From Dendrobates tinctorius (Eukaryota): a stretch of 64,000 bases of DNA. Made by a program: the position numbers and the translations under genes. The notes beneath the pieces were generated by a model. The model had not been told where the DNA came from. It worked only from the letters and a program-made list of their open reading frames with translations, and did no database searches. This document shows positions 39,701 to 54,000 of this stretch, in pieces (the first letter of the stretch is position 1; every line of letters begins with the position of its first letter). The DNA is taken from the NCBI RefSeq assembly GCF_039654945.1, contig NW_027361856.1, forward strand, positions 4,774,001 through 4,838,000. Reading direction: 5' to 3'.

Positions 39701-40370
39701 GTAAACGACCCCTCCTGTGTGTGTTGCCTGTACACGACCCCTCCTGTGTGTGTGATGCCCGTACACGTCCCCTCCTGTGTGTGTGATGCCCGTACACCTC
39801 CCCTCCTGTGTGTGTGATGCCCGTACACGACCCCTCCTGTGTATGATGCTGCCCGTACACGACCCCTCCTGTGTGTGTGATGCCCGTACACGTCCCCTCC
39901 TGTGTGTGATGCCCGTACACGACCCCTCCTGTGTGTGATGCCCGTACACCTCACCTCCTGTGTGTGTGATGCCCGTACACGACCCCTCCTGTGTGTGATG
40001 CCCGTACACGACCCCTCCTGTGTGTGATGCCCAGTACACGACCCCTCCTGTGTGTGATGCCCGTACACGACCCCTCCTGTGTGTGATGCCCAGTACACGA
40101 CCCCTCCTGTGTGTGTTGCCTGTACACGACCCCTCCTGTGTGTGATGCCCGTACACGACCCCTCCTGTGTGTGATGCCCGTACACGACCCCTCCTGTGTG
40201 TGATGCCCGTACACCTCCCCTCCTGTGTGTGTGATGCCCGTACACGACCCCTCCTGTATGTGATGCCCGTACACGACCCCTCCTGTGTGTGATGCCCGTA
40301 CACCTCCCCTCCTGTGTGTGTGTTGCCCGTACACGTCCCCTCCTGAGTGTGTGACACCCTGTACACGACT
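30771..40370. repeat. 29/31-bp minisatellite (TG)nATGCCCGTACACGACCCCTCC, ~9.6 kb, in SYT11 intron 1; contains an L2 insertion and an inverted block (35214-35896)
   Basis: Unit length varies by nested TG dinucleotides. The marker variant TGTTAG(A/G)AAGTCACCTCCCC recurs near 31362, 31631, 33347 and 36516. Source of the very long GITHTGGVVY ORFs. Confidence 0.95.
34700..35213 (+). mobile_element. 5'-truncated L2-clade LINE (end of ORF2, 3' UTR, (ATT)n tail)
   Basis: Encodes LRSANDFRL...FSRAAPILWNALP...FRRSLKTHLFRAAY, a typical L2 ORF2 C-terminus. 3' stem-loop GCGCTGCGGAATATGTTGGCGC, then AATAAA and (ATT)n. Confidence 0.88.
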
Positions 40371-40530
40371 CCTCTACAACACGTGATGTCACTTGTTATA
40401 AGAACGTCACTAAGATTGAGTAACTAGTCAGGTGACGTCATGACAACAATCTGGCCAGTTACGTCATGCAGGATGCTGACACCGCACAGCGGGGCCACAT
40501 CCCGGATCCGGGCCTCTGCTGACCACTTAC

Positions 40531-40564
40531 CGAAGCTGGGGACGAGGCTGGTGATCTCCGCCAT
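40531..40564 (-). CDS. SYT11: Synaptotagmin-11 coding exon 1 (MAEITSLVPSF; not in the ORF track)
   Basis: ATGGCGGAGATCACCAGCCTCGTCCCCAGCTTCG|GTAAGT, 34 nt, phase 1. Joins AC of exon 2 to give Asp, and resembles the mammalian start MAEITNIRPSFD. Confidence 0.93.
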
Positions 40565-40860
40565 GATGACCGTGTGCGCTGAAAGCAGTAGCCGTCACTT
40601 CATGTCCCGGCGGCGGCCGAGAGAACGATGCTGCGACTGTGGTCCTGAAGAAACTGGGTTCCGCCCAGAGCACGGAAACAGCCGAAACCTAAGCCCCGCC
40701 CAGTGCACGGAAACAGCCGAAATCTAAGCTCCGCCCAGTCGGCGGGAAAAGTCGAACTCTCAGCCCCGCCTATTGCGCGGAAAAAGCCGAAGTCTCAACC
40801 CAGCTCACAACACGGAAACATAGCTATCGTGCTCGGTTGAAGGAGAATGCCAAGCAACCA
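40565..40860 (-). promoter_or_regulatory. SYT11 5' UTR / CpG-rich promoter containing 4 x 35-bp GC-box repeats
   Basis: CpG-rich unique sequence upstream of the ATG. CCGCC at 40661, 40696, 40731 and 40766, each followed by (C/G)GGAAA. Full CRE TGACGTCA at 40433-40440 just inside intron 1. Confidence 0.65.
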
Positions 40861-40869
40861 AGGCTGGGA

Positions 40870-43800
40870 AATATATAGAGCACTGACCTCTGTATACAGA
40901 GTATTGACCTCTATTTACAGAGTACTGACCTCTATATACAGTGCACTGACCTCTATATACAGAGCCCTGACCTCTATATACACTGCACTGAGCTCTATAT
41001 AGAGTACTGATCTCTATATACAGAGCACCGACCTCTATATACAGAGCACTGACCTCTATATACAGAGTACTGACCTCTATATACAGAGCCCTGACCTCTA
41101 TATACAGAGCCCTGACCTCTATATACAGAGAACTGACCTCTATATACAGAGCCCTGACCTCTATATACAGAGCACCGACCTCTATATACAGAGCACTGAC
41201 CTCTATATACAGAGTACTGACCTCTATATACAGAGCCCTGACCTCTATATACAGAGCCCTGACCTCTATATACAGAGCACTGACCTCTATATACAGAGCA
41301 CTGACCTCTATATACAGTGCACTGACCTCTATATACAGAGCACTGACCTCTATATACAGAGCACTGACTTCTATATACAGAGCACTGACCTCTATATACA
41401 GAGCACTGACCTCTATATACAGAGTACTGACCTCTATATACAGAGCACTGGCCTCTATATACAGAGTACTGACCTCTATATACAGAGCCCTGACCTCTAT
41501 ATACAGAGCCCTGACCTCTATATACAGAGCACTGACCTCTATATACAGAGCCCTGACCTCTATATACAGAGCACTGACCTCTAAACAGAGCACTGACCTC
41601 TATATACAGTGCACTGACCTCTATATACAGAGCACTGACCTCTATATACAGAGCACTGACCTCTATATACAGAGTACTGACCTCTATATACAGAGCACTG
41701 ACCTCTATATACAGAGCACTGACCTCTATATACAGAGCACTGACTTCTATATACAGAGCACTGACCTCTATATACAGAGCCCTGACCTCTATATACAGAG
41801 TACGGACCTCTATATACAGAGCACTGACCTCTATACAGAGCACTGACCTCTATATACAGTGCACTGACCTCTATATACAGAGTACTGACCTCTATATACA
41901 GAGTACAGACCTCTATATACAGTGCACCGACCTCTATATACAGAGTACTGACCTCTATATACAGTGTACTGACCTCTATATACAGAGTACTGACCTCTAT
42001 ATACAGTGCACTGACCTCTATATACAGAGCACCGTCCTCTATATACAGAGTACCGACCTCTATCTACAGTGCACTGACCTTTATATACAGAGCACTGACC
42101 TCTATATACAGAGCCCGGACCTCTATATACAGAGCTCTGACCTCTATATACAGAGCCCTGACCTCTATATACAGTGCACTGACCTCTATATACAGAGCAC
42201 TGACCTCTATATACAGAGCACTGACCTCTATGTACAGAGCACTGACTTATATACACAGAGCCCTGACCTCAATACACAGAGTGCTGACCTCTATATACAG
42301 AGCCCTGACCTCTATATACAGTGCACTGACCTCTATATATAGAGTACTGACCTCTATATACAGTGTACTGACCTCTATATATAAAGCCCTGACCTCTACT
42401 GAGAACTGACCTCTATATACAGAGCACTGACCTCTATATACAGAGTACTGACCTCTATATACAGAGCCCTGACCTCTATATACAAAGCCCTGACCTCTAT
42501 ATACAAAGCCCTGACCTCTACAGAGAACTGACCTCTATATACAGAGCACTGACCTCTATATACAGAGTACTGACCTCTATATACAGAGCCCTGACCTCTA
42601 TATACAGTGCACTGACCTCTATATACAGAGTACTTACCTCTATATACAGAACACTGACCTCTATATACAGAGCCCTGACATCTATATACAGAGCCCTGAC
42701 CTCTATACACAGAGACCTGACCTCTATACACAGAGACCTGACCTCTATATACAAGTACTGACCTCTATATAGAGCCCTGACCTCTAAATACAGAGTACTG
42801 ACCTCTATATACAGAGTACTGACCTCTATATACAGAGCCCTGACCTCTATATACAGAGCACTGCACTGACCTCTATATAGAGCACTGACCTCTATATACA
42901 GAGCACTGACCTCTATACACAGAGTACTGACCTCTATATACAGAGCCCTGACCTCTATATACAGTGCACTGACCTCTATATACAGAGCACTGACCTCTAT
43001 ATACAGAGCACCGACCTCTATATACAGAGTACTGACCTCTATATACAGTGTACAGACCTCTATATACAGAGTACTGACCTCTATATACAGAGCACTGACC
43101 TCTATATACAGAGTACTGACCTCTATATACAGAGCACTGACCTCTATATACAGAGCACTGACCTCTATATACAGAGTACTGACCTCTATACACAGAGCAC
43201 TGACCTCTATATACAGAGCCCTGACCTCTATATACAGAGTACTGACCTCTATATACAGTGTACGGACCTCTATATACAGAGTACTGACCTCTATATAGAG
43301 CCCTGAACTCTATATACAGAGCGCTGACCTCTATATACAGAGCGCTGACCTCTATATACAGAGCACTGACCTCTATATACAGAGCCCTGACCTCTATATA
43401 CAGAGTACTGACCTCTATATACAGAGCACTGACCTCTATATACAGAGCACTGACCTCTATATACAGAGCAGTGACCTCTATATACAGAGCCCTGACCTCT
43501 ATAAACAGAGCCCTGACCTCTATACACAGTGTATGGACCTCTATATACAGAGTACTGACCTCTATATACAGTGTACTGACCTCTATATAGAGCCCTTACC
43601 TCTACATACAGAGTACTGACCTCTATATACAGAGTACTGACCTCTATATACAGAGCACTGACCTCTATATACAGAGCCCTGACCTCTATATACAGTGGCA
43701 CTGACCTCTATATACAGAGCACTGACCTCTATATACAGAGCACTGACCTCTATATACAGAGTACTGACCTCTATATACAGTGTACAGACCTCTATATACA

Positions 43801-46800
43801 GAGCACTGACCTCTATATACAGAGCACTGACCTCTATATACAGAGTACTGACCTCTATATACAGAGCCCTGACCTCTATACACAGAGCCCTGACCTCTAT
43901 ATACAGAGCACTGACCTCTATATACAGAGCCCTGACCTCTATATACAGAGTACTGACCTCCTATATACAGAGCACTGACCTCTATATACAGAGCCCTGAC
44001 CTCTATATACAGAGTACTGACCTCTATATACAGTGTACGGACCTCTATATACAGAGTACTGACCTCTATATACAGTGTACTGACCTCTATATAGAGTACT
44101 GACCTCTATATACAGTGTACTGACCTCTATATACAGTGTACTGACCTCTATTTACAGAGCCCTGACCTCTATACACAGAGTAGTGAGCTCTATATACAGT
44201 GTTCTGACCTCTATATACAGAGCCCTGACCTCTATATACAGAGCACTTTCCTCGATATACAGAGCCCTGACCAGTATATACAGAGCACTGACCTCTATAT
44301 ACAGTGCACTGACCTCTATATACAGTGCACTGACCTCTATATACAGAGCACTGACCTCTATATACAGGGCACTGACCTCTATGTACAGAGCACTGACTTC
44401 TATACAGAGCCCTAACCTCTATATACAGTGCACTGACCTCTATATATAGAGTACTGACCTCTATATACAGTGTACTGACCTCTATATAGTGTACTGACCT
44501 CTATTTACAGAGCACCGACCTCTATATACAGAGTACTGACCTCTATATACAGAGTACTGACCTCTATATACAGAGCACTGACCTCTATATACAAAGCACC
44601 GACCTCTATATACAGTGCACTGACCCCTATATACAGAGCCCTGACCTCTATATACAGAGAACTGACCTCTATATACAGAGCACTGATCTCTATATACAGA
44701 GTACTGACCTCTATATACAGAGCACTGACCTCTATATACAGAGCCCTGACCTCTATATACAGAGAACTGACCTCTATATACAGAGCACTGATCACTATAT
44801 ACAGAGTACTGACCTCTATATACAGAGCACTGACCTCTATATACAGAGCCCTGACCTCTATATACAGAGTACTGACCTCTATATACAGAGTACTGACCTC
44901 TATATACAGAGCACTGACCTCTATATACAGAGTACTGACCTCTATATACAGAGCACTGACCTCTATATACAGAGCCCTGACCTCTATATACAGAGCCCTG
45001 ACCTCTATATACAGAGCACCGACCTTTATATACAGAGTACTGACCTCTATATACAGAGCACTGACCTCTATATACAGAGCACCGACCTCTATATACAGAG
45101 CACCGACCTCTATATACAGAGCACCGACCTCTATATACAGAGCCCTGACCTCTATATACAGAGCACTGACCTCTATATACAGAGCACTGACCTCTATATA
45201 CAGAGCACCGACCTCTATATACAGAGCACTGACCTCTATATACAGAGCACTGACCTCTATGTACAGAGCACTGACTTATATACACAGAGCCCTGACCTCA
45301 ATACACAGAGTGCTGACCTCTATATACAGAGCCCTGACCTCTATATACAGTGCACTGACCTCTATATATAAAGCCCTGACCTCTATATACAGTGCACTGA
45401 CCTCTATATATAAAGCCCTGACCTCTACTGAGAACTGACCTCTATATACAGAGCCCTGACCTCTATATACAGAGCACTGACCTCTATATACAGAGCACTG
45501 ACCTCTATATACAGAGTACTGACCTCTATATACAGAGCACTGACCTCTATATACAGAGTACTGACCTCTATATACAGAGTACTGACCTCTATATACAGAG
45601 CACCGAGCTCTATATACAGAGCACCGACCTCTATATACAGAGCACTGACCTCTATATACAGAGTACTGACCTCTATATACAGAGCCCTGACCTCTATATA
45701 CAGAGCACTGACCTCTATATACAGAGCACCGACCTCTATATACAGACCTCTGCACTGACCTCTATATACAGAGCACTGACCTCTATATACAGAGTACTGA
45801 CCTCTATATACAGAGCCCTGACCTCTATATACAGAGCACCGACCTCTATATACAGAGCACCGACCTCTATATACAGAGCACTGACCTCTAGAGTACTGAC
45901 CTCTATATACAGAGCCCTGACCTCTATATACAGAGCACCGACCTCTATATACAGAGCACCGACCTCTATATAGAGCACTGACCTCTATATACAGAGCACT
46001 GACCACTATATACAGAGCACCGACCTCTATATACAGAGCACCGACCTCTATATACAGAGTACTGACCTCTATATACAGAGCACCGACCTCTATATACAGA
46101 GCACCGACCTCTACATACAGTGCACCGACCTCTATATACAGTGCACTGACCTCTATATACAGAGCACTGACTTCTATATACAGAGCACCGACCTCTATAT
46201 ACAGTGCACTGACCTCTATATACAGAGCACTGACCTCTATATACAGAGCACTGACCTCTATATACAGAGCACCGACCTCTATATACAGAGCACCGACCTC
46301 TATATACAGTGCACCGACCTCTATATACAGTGCACTGACCTCTATATACAGAGCACTGACTTCTATATACAGAGCACCGACCTCTATATACAGTGCACTG
46401 ACCTCTATATACAGTGCACTGACCTCTATATACAGTGCACTGACCTCTATATACAGAGCACTGACTTCTATATACAGTGCACCGACCTCTATATACAGTG
46501 CACCGACCTCTATATACAGTGCACTGACCTCTATATACAGAGCACCGACTTCTATATACAGAGCACCGACCTCTATATACAGTGCACCGACCTCTATATA
46601 CAGTGCACCGAACTCTATATACAGTGCACTGACCTCTATATACAGAGCACTGACTTCTATATACAGAGCACCGACCTCTATATACAGTGCACTGACCTCT
46701 ATATACAGAGCACCGACCTCTATATACAGAGCACCGACCTCTATATACAGTGCACCGACCTCTATATACAGTGCACCGACCTCTATATACAGAGTACCGA

Positions 46801-47785
46801 CCTCTATATACAGTGCACCGACCTCTATATACAGTGCACTGACCTCTATATACAGAGCACCGACCTCTATATACAGAGCACCGACCTCTATATACAGTGC
46901 ACTGACCTCTATATACAGAGCACTGACTTCTATATACAGAGCACCGACCTCTATATACAGAGCACTGACCTCTATATACAGTGCACTGACCTCTATATAC
47001 AGTGCACTGACCTCTATATACAGAGCACTGACTTCTATATACAGTGCACCGACCTCTATATACAGTGCACCGACCTCTATATACAGTGCACCGACCTCTA
47101 TATACAGAGCACTGACTTCTATATACAGAGCACCGACCTCTATATACAGAGCACCGACCTCTATATACAGAGCACCGACCTCTATATACAGTGCACCGAC
47201 CTCTATATACAGTGCACTGACCTCTATATACAGAGCACTGACTTCTATATACAGAGCACCGACCTCTATATACAGTGCACCGACCTCTATATACAGAGCA
47301 CTGACTTCTATATACAGAGCACCGACCTCTATATACAGAGCACCGACCTCTATATACAGAGCACTGACTTCTATATACAGAGCACCGACCTCTATATACA
47401 GAGCACCGACCTCTATATACAGAGCACCGACCTCTATATACAGAGCACTGACTTCTATATACAGAGCACCGACCTCTATATACAGAGCACCGACCTCTAT
47501 ATACAGAGCACCGACCTCTATATACAGTGCACCGACCTCTATATACAGTGCACTGACCTCTATATACAGAGCACTGACTTCTATATACAGAGCACCGACC
47601 TCTATATACAGAGCACCGACCTCTATATACAGTGCACCGACCTCTATATACAGTGCACTGACCTCTATATACAGAGCACTGACTTCTATATACAGAGCAC
47701 CGACCTCTATATACAGAGCACCGACCTCTATATACAGAGCACTGACTTCTATATACAGAGCACCGACCTCTATATACAGAGCCCT
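40870..47785. repeat. 21-bp satellite GACCTCTATATACAGAGCACT, ~330 copies, between the SYT11 and GON4L promoters
   Basis: 21-bp period, giving 7-aa repeat ORFs (LYIEVSA / VYRGQCS). Confidence 0.97.
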
Positions 47786-47829
47786 GCAGTGCACTAATGT
47801 GTCTCCTGTGCTTAACAGACATGTATAGC

Positions 47830-48050
47830 TCCGCCTACTGAGCAAGTTTCTTGCGTATCCGAGATGGGTAGGTTAAAGGAAGTGACGTCATGTGATCGCG
47901 ATATCATTTTTCGGCTGCTGCGCGTGCGCATTTGAGGAGGTGTCTGTGTTTTTATATCATAGAGTGAACCGGAGCCAAGCGGGAAACATCGGCTGTATCC
48001 CGAGAGCGCAGAGGACTGCACGGTATCTATGCGTTACCGCAGAGGTATTG
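47830..48050 (+). promoter_or_regulatory. Putative GON4L promoter and non-coding first exon
   Basis: CpG-rich unique island between two satellites. ETS-CRE GGAAGTGACGTCA at 47878-47890, NRF1-like TGCGCGTGCGCA at 47919-47930, ATCGCGAT core near 47894, candidate donor GAG|GTATTG at 48044/48045. Confidence 0.6.
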
Positions 48051-48055
48051 TACCG

Positions 48056-51000
48056 AAATATACGGGGCTGTATAGTGTAGATGTGTGCTCATTATACAGG
48101 AATATACGGGGCGGTATAGTGTAGATGTGTGCGTATTATACAGGAATATACGGGGCTGTATAGTGTAGATGTGTGCTCATTATACAGGAATATACGGGGC
48201 GGTATAGTGTAGATGTGTGCTCATTATACAGGAATATACGGGGCGGTATAGTGTAGATGTGTGCTCATTATACAGGAATATACGGGGCGGTATAGTGTAG
48301 ATGTGTGCGCATTATACAGGAATATACGGGGCGGCATAGAGTAGATGTGTGCTCATTATACAGGAATATACGGGGCGGCATAGTGTAGATGTGTGCGTAT
48401 TATACAGGAATATACGGGGCTGTATAGTGTAGATGTGTGCTCATTATACAGGAATATACGGGGCGGTATAGTGTAGATGTGTGCTCATTATACAGGAATA
48501 TACGGGGCGGTATAGTGTAGATGTGTGCTCATTATACAGGAATATACGGGGCGGTATAGTGTAGATGTGTGCTCATTATACAGGAATATACGGGGCGGTA
48601 TAGTGTAGATGTGTGCTCATTATACAGGAATATACGGGCCTGTATAGTGTAGATGTGTGCTCATTATACAGGAATATACGGGGCGGTATAGTGTAGATGT
48701 GTGCTCATTATACAGGAATATACGGGGCGGTATAGTGTAGATGTGTGCTCATTATACAGGAATATACGGGGCGGTATAGTGTAGATGTGTGCGCATTATA
48801 CAGGAATATACGGGGCGGTATAGTGTAGATGTGTGCGCATTATACAGGAATATACGGGGCGGTATAGTGTAGATGTGTGCGCATTATACAGGAATATACG
48901 GGGCGGTATAGTGTAGATGTGTGCGCATTATACAGGAATATACGGGGCGGTATAGTGTAGATGTGTGCGCATTATACAGGAATATACGGTGCAGTATAGT
49001 GTAGATGCGCATTATACAGGAATATACGGGGCGGTATAGTGTAGATGTGTGCGCATTATATAGGAATATACGGGGCGGCATAGTGTAGATGTGTGCGCAT
49101 TATACAGGAATATACGGGGCGGCATAGTGTAGATGTGTGCGCATTATACAGGAATATACGGGGCGGCATAGTGTAGATGTGTGCTCATTATACAGGAATA
49201 TACGGGGCGGTATAGTGTAGATGTGTGCGTATTATACAGGAATATACGGGGCCTTATAGTGTAGATGTGTGCGCATTATACAGGAATATACGGGGCTGTA
49301 TAGTGTAGATGTGTGCGCATTATACAGGAATATACGGGTGGTATAGTGTAGATGTGTGCGCATTATACAGGAATATACGGGGCGGTATAGTGTAGATGTG
49401 TGCTCATTATACAGGAATATACGGGGCGGTATAGTGTAGATGTGTGCGCATTATACAGGAATATACGGGGCGGTATAGTGTAGATGTGTGCTCATTATAC
49501 AGGAATATACGGGGCGGTATAGTGTAGATGTGTGCGCATTATACAGGAATATACGGGGCGGTATAGTGTAGATGTGTGCGTATTATACAGGAATATACGG
49601 GGCTGTATAGTGTAGATGTGTGCGTATTATACAGGAATATACGGGGCTGTATAGTGTAGTTGTGTGCTCATTATACAGGAATATACGGGGCGGTATAGTG
49701 TAGATGTGTGCTCATTATACAGGAATATACGGGGCAGTATAGTGTAGATGCGCATTATACAGGAATATACGGGGCGGTATAGTGTAGATGTGTGCGCATT
49801 ATACAGGAATATACGGGGCTGTATAGTGTAGATGTGTGCGCATTATACAGGAATATACAGGGCGGTATACGGGGCGGTATAGTGTAGATGTGTGCGCATT
49901 ATACAGGAATATACGGGGCGGTATAGTGTAGATGTGTGCGCATTATACAGGAATATACGGGGCGGTATAGTGTAGATGTGTGCTCATTATACAGGAATAT
50001 ACGGGGCTGTATAGTGTAGATGTGTGCTCATTATACAGGAATATACGGGGCGGTATAGTGTAGATGTGTGCTCATTATACAGGAATATACGGGGCGGTAT
50101 AGTGTAGATGTGTTCTCATTATACAGGAATATATGGGGCGGTATAGTGTAGATGTGTGCTCATTATACAGGAATATACGGGGCGGTATAGTGTAGATGTG
50201 TGCTCATTATACAGGAATATACGGGGCGGCATAGTGTAGATGTGTTCTCATTATACAGGAATATACGGGGCGGTATAGTGTAGATGTGTGCGCATTATAC
50301 AGGAATATAAGGGGCGGTATAGTGTAGATGTGTGCGCATTATACAGGAATATACGGGGCGGTATAGTGTAGATGTGTGCATTATACAGGAATATACGGGG
50401 CGGTATAGTGTAGATGTGTGCTCATTATACAGGAATATACGGGGCGGTATAGTGTAGATGTGTGTGCATTATACAGGAATATACGGGGCGGTATAGTGTA
50501 GATGCGCATTATACAGGAATATACGGGGCGGTATAGTGTAGATGTGTGCGCATTATACAGGAATATACGGGGCGGTATAGTGTAGATGTGTGCGCATTAT
50601 ATAGGAATATACGGGGCGGTATAGTGTAGATGTGTGCGCATTATACAGGAATATACGGGGCGGTATAGTGTAGATGTGTGCGCATTATACAGGAATATAC
50701 GGGGCGGTATAGTGTAGATGTGTGTGCATTATACAGGAATATACGGGGCGGTATAGTGTAGATGCGCATTATACAGGAATATACGGGGCGGCATAGTGTA
50801 GATGTGTGCTCATTATACAGGAATATACGGGGCGGTATAGTGTAGATGTCTGCTCATTATACAGGAATATACGGGGCAGTATAGTGTAGATGTGTGCGCA
50901 TTATACAGGAATATACGGGGCTGTATAGTGTAGATGTCTGCTCATTATACAGGAATATACGGGGCGGTATAGTGTAGATGTGTGCTCATTATACAGGAAT

Positions 51001-54000
51001 ATACGGGGCTGTATAGTGTAGATGTGTGCACATTATACAGGAATATACGGGGCGGCATAGTGTAGATGTGTGTGCATTATACAGGAATATACAGGGCGGT
51101 ATAGTGTAGATGTGTGCGCATTATACAGGAATATACAGGGCGGTATAGTGTAGATGTGTGCGCATTATACAGGAATATACGGGGCGGTATAGTGTAGATG
51201 TGTGCGCATTATACAGGAATATACGGGGCGGTATAGTGTAGATGTGTGCGCATTATACAGGAATATACGGGGCGGTATAGTGTAGATGTGTGCGCATTAT
51301 ACAGGAATATACGGGGCGGTATAGTGTAGATGCGCATTATACAGGAATATACGGGGCGGCATAGTGTAGATGTGTGCTCATTATACAGGAATATACGGGG
51401 CGGTATAGTGTAGATGTGTGCTCATTATACAGGAATATACGGGGCAGTATAGTGTAGATGTGTGCGCATTATACAGAAATATACGGGTCTGTATAGTGTA
51501 GATGTGTGCGCATTATACAGAAATATACGGGGCTGTATAGTGTAGATGTGTGCGCATTATACAGGAATATACGGGTGGTATAGTGTAGATGTGTACGCAT
51601 TATACAGGAATATACGGGGCGGTATAGTGTAGATGTGTGCGCATTATACAGGAATATACGGGGCGGTATAGTGTAGATGTGTGCGCATTATACAGAAATA
51701 TACGGGGCTGTATAGTGTAGATGTGTGCGCATTATACAGAAATATACGGGGCTGTATAGTGTAGATGTGTGCGCATTATACAGGAATATACGGGTGGTAT
51801 AGTGTAGATGTGTACGCATTATACAGGAATATACGGGGCGGTATAGTGTAGATGTGTACGCATTATACAGGAATATACGGGACGGTATAGTGTAGATGTG
51901 TGCGCATTATACAGGAATATACGGGGCGGTATAGTGTAGATGTGTGCGCATTATACAGGAATATACGGGGCGGTATAGTGTAGATGCGCATTATACAGGA
52001 ATATACGGGGCAGTATAGTGTAGATGCGCATTATACAGGAATATACGGGGAGGTATAGTGTAGATGTGTGCGCATTATACAGGAATATACGGGGCTGTAT
52101 AGTGTAGATGTGTGCGCATTATACAGGAATATACGGGGCGGTATAGTGTAGATGTGTGCGCATTATACAGGAATATACGGGGCTGTATAGTGTAGATGTG
52201 TGCGCATTATACAGGAATATACGGGGCGGTATAGTGTAGATGTGTACGCATTATACAGGAATATACAGGGCGGTGTAGTGTAGATGTGTGCGTATTATAC
52301 AGGAATATACGGGGCGGTATAGTGTAGATGTGTGCGCATTATACAGTAATATACGGGGTGGTATAGTGTAGATGTGTGCACATTATACAGGAATATACGG
52401 GGCGGCATAGTGTAGATGTGTGCGCATTATACAGGAATATACAGGGCGGTATAGTGTAGATGTGTGCGCATTATACAGGAATATACAGGGCGGTATAGTG
52501 TAGATGTGTGCGCATTATACAGGAATATACAGGGCGGTGTAGTGTAGATGTGTGCGCATTATACAGGAATATACGGGGCGGTATAGTGTAGATGTGTGCG
52601 TATTATACAGGAATATACGGGGCGGTATAGTGTAGATGTGTGGTCATTATACAGGAATATACGGGGCGGTATAGTGTAGATGTGTGCGTATTATACAGGA
52701 ATATACGGGGCTGTATAGTGTAGATGTGTGCTCATTATACAGGAATATACGGGGCCTTATAGTGTAGATGTGTGCTCATTATACAGGAATATACGGGGCG
52801 GTATAGTGTAGATGTGTGCTCATTATACAGGAATATACGGGGCGGTATAGTGTAGATGTGTGCTCATTATACAGGAATATACGGGGCGGTATAGTGTAGA
52901 TGTGTGCTCATTATACAGGAATATACGGGGCGGTATAGTGTAGATGTGTGCGCATTATACAGGAATATACGGGCGGCATAGTGTAGATGTGTGCTCATTA
53001 TACAGGAATATACGGGGCGGTATAGTGTAGATGTGTGCTCATTATACAGGAATATACGGGGCGGTATAGTGTAGATGTGTGCTCATTATACAGGAATATA
53101 CGGGGCCTTATAGTGTAGATGTGTGCTCATTATACAGGAATATACGGGGCGGTATAGTGTAGATGTGTGCTCATTATACAGGAATATACGGGGCGGTATA
53201 GTGTAGATGTGTGCTCATTATACAGGAATATACGGGGCGGTATTGTGTAGATGTGTGCGCATTATACAGGAATATACGGGGCTGTATTGTGTAGATGTGT
53301 GCGCATTATACAGGAATATACGGGGCTGTATTGTGTAGATGTGTGCGCATTATACAGGAATATACGGGGCTGTATAGTGTAGATGTGTGCTCATTATACA
53401 GGAATATACGGGGCGGTATAGTGTAGATGTGTGCGCATTATACAGGAATATACGGGGCTGTATAGTGTAGATGTGTGCTCATTATACAGGAATATACAGG
53501 ACGGTATAGTGTAGATGTGTGCGCATTATACAGGAATATACGGGGCAGTATAGTGTAGATGCGCATTATACAGGAATATACGGGGCGGTATAGTGTAGAT
53601 GTGTGCGCATTATACAGGAATATACGGGGCTGTATAGTGTAGATGTGTGCGCATTATACAGGAATATACGGGGCAGTATAGTGTAGATGCGCATTATACA
53701 GGAATGTACGGGGCGGTATAGTGTAGATGTGTGCGCATTATACAGGAATATACGGGGCTGTATAGTGTAGATGTGTGCGCATTATACAGGAATATACAGG
53801 GCGGTATAGTGTAGATGTGTACGCATTATACAGGAATATACAGGGCGGTGTAGTGTAGATGTGTGCGTATTATACAGGAATATACGGGGCGGTATACGGG
53901 GTGGTATAGTGTAGATGTGTGCGCATTATACAGGAATATACGGGGTGGTATAGTGTAGATGTGTGCACATTATACAGGAATATACGGGGCGGCATAGTGT

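Noticed and set aside
30620-40392. Very long ORFs (up to 1354 aa) of GITHTGGVVYGHHT repeats
   Set aside because: Translations of a stop-poor minisatellite in several frames, inside SYT11 intron 1, with no domain or splice support.
40805-47845. Heptad-repeat ORFs (LYIEVSA / VYRGQCS) resembling coiled-coil or beta-helix proteins
   Set aside because: A by-product of the 21-bp unit. Frames switch at indels and overlapping frames are equally open.
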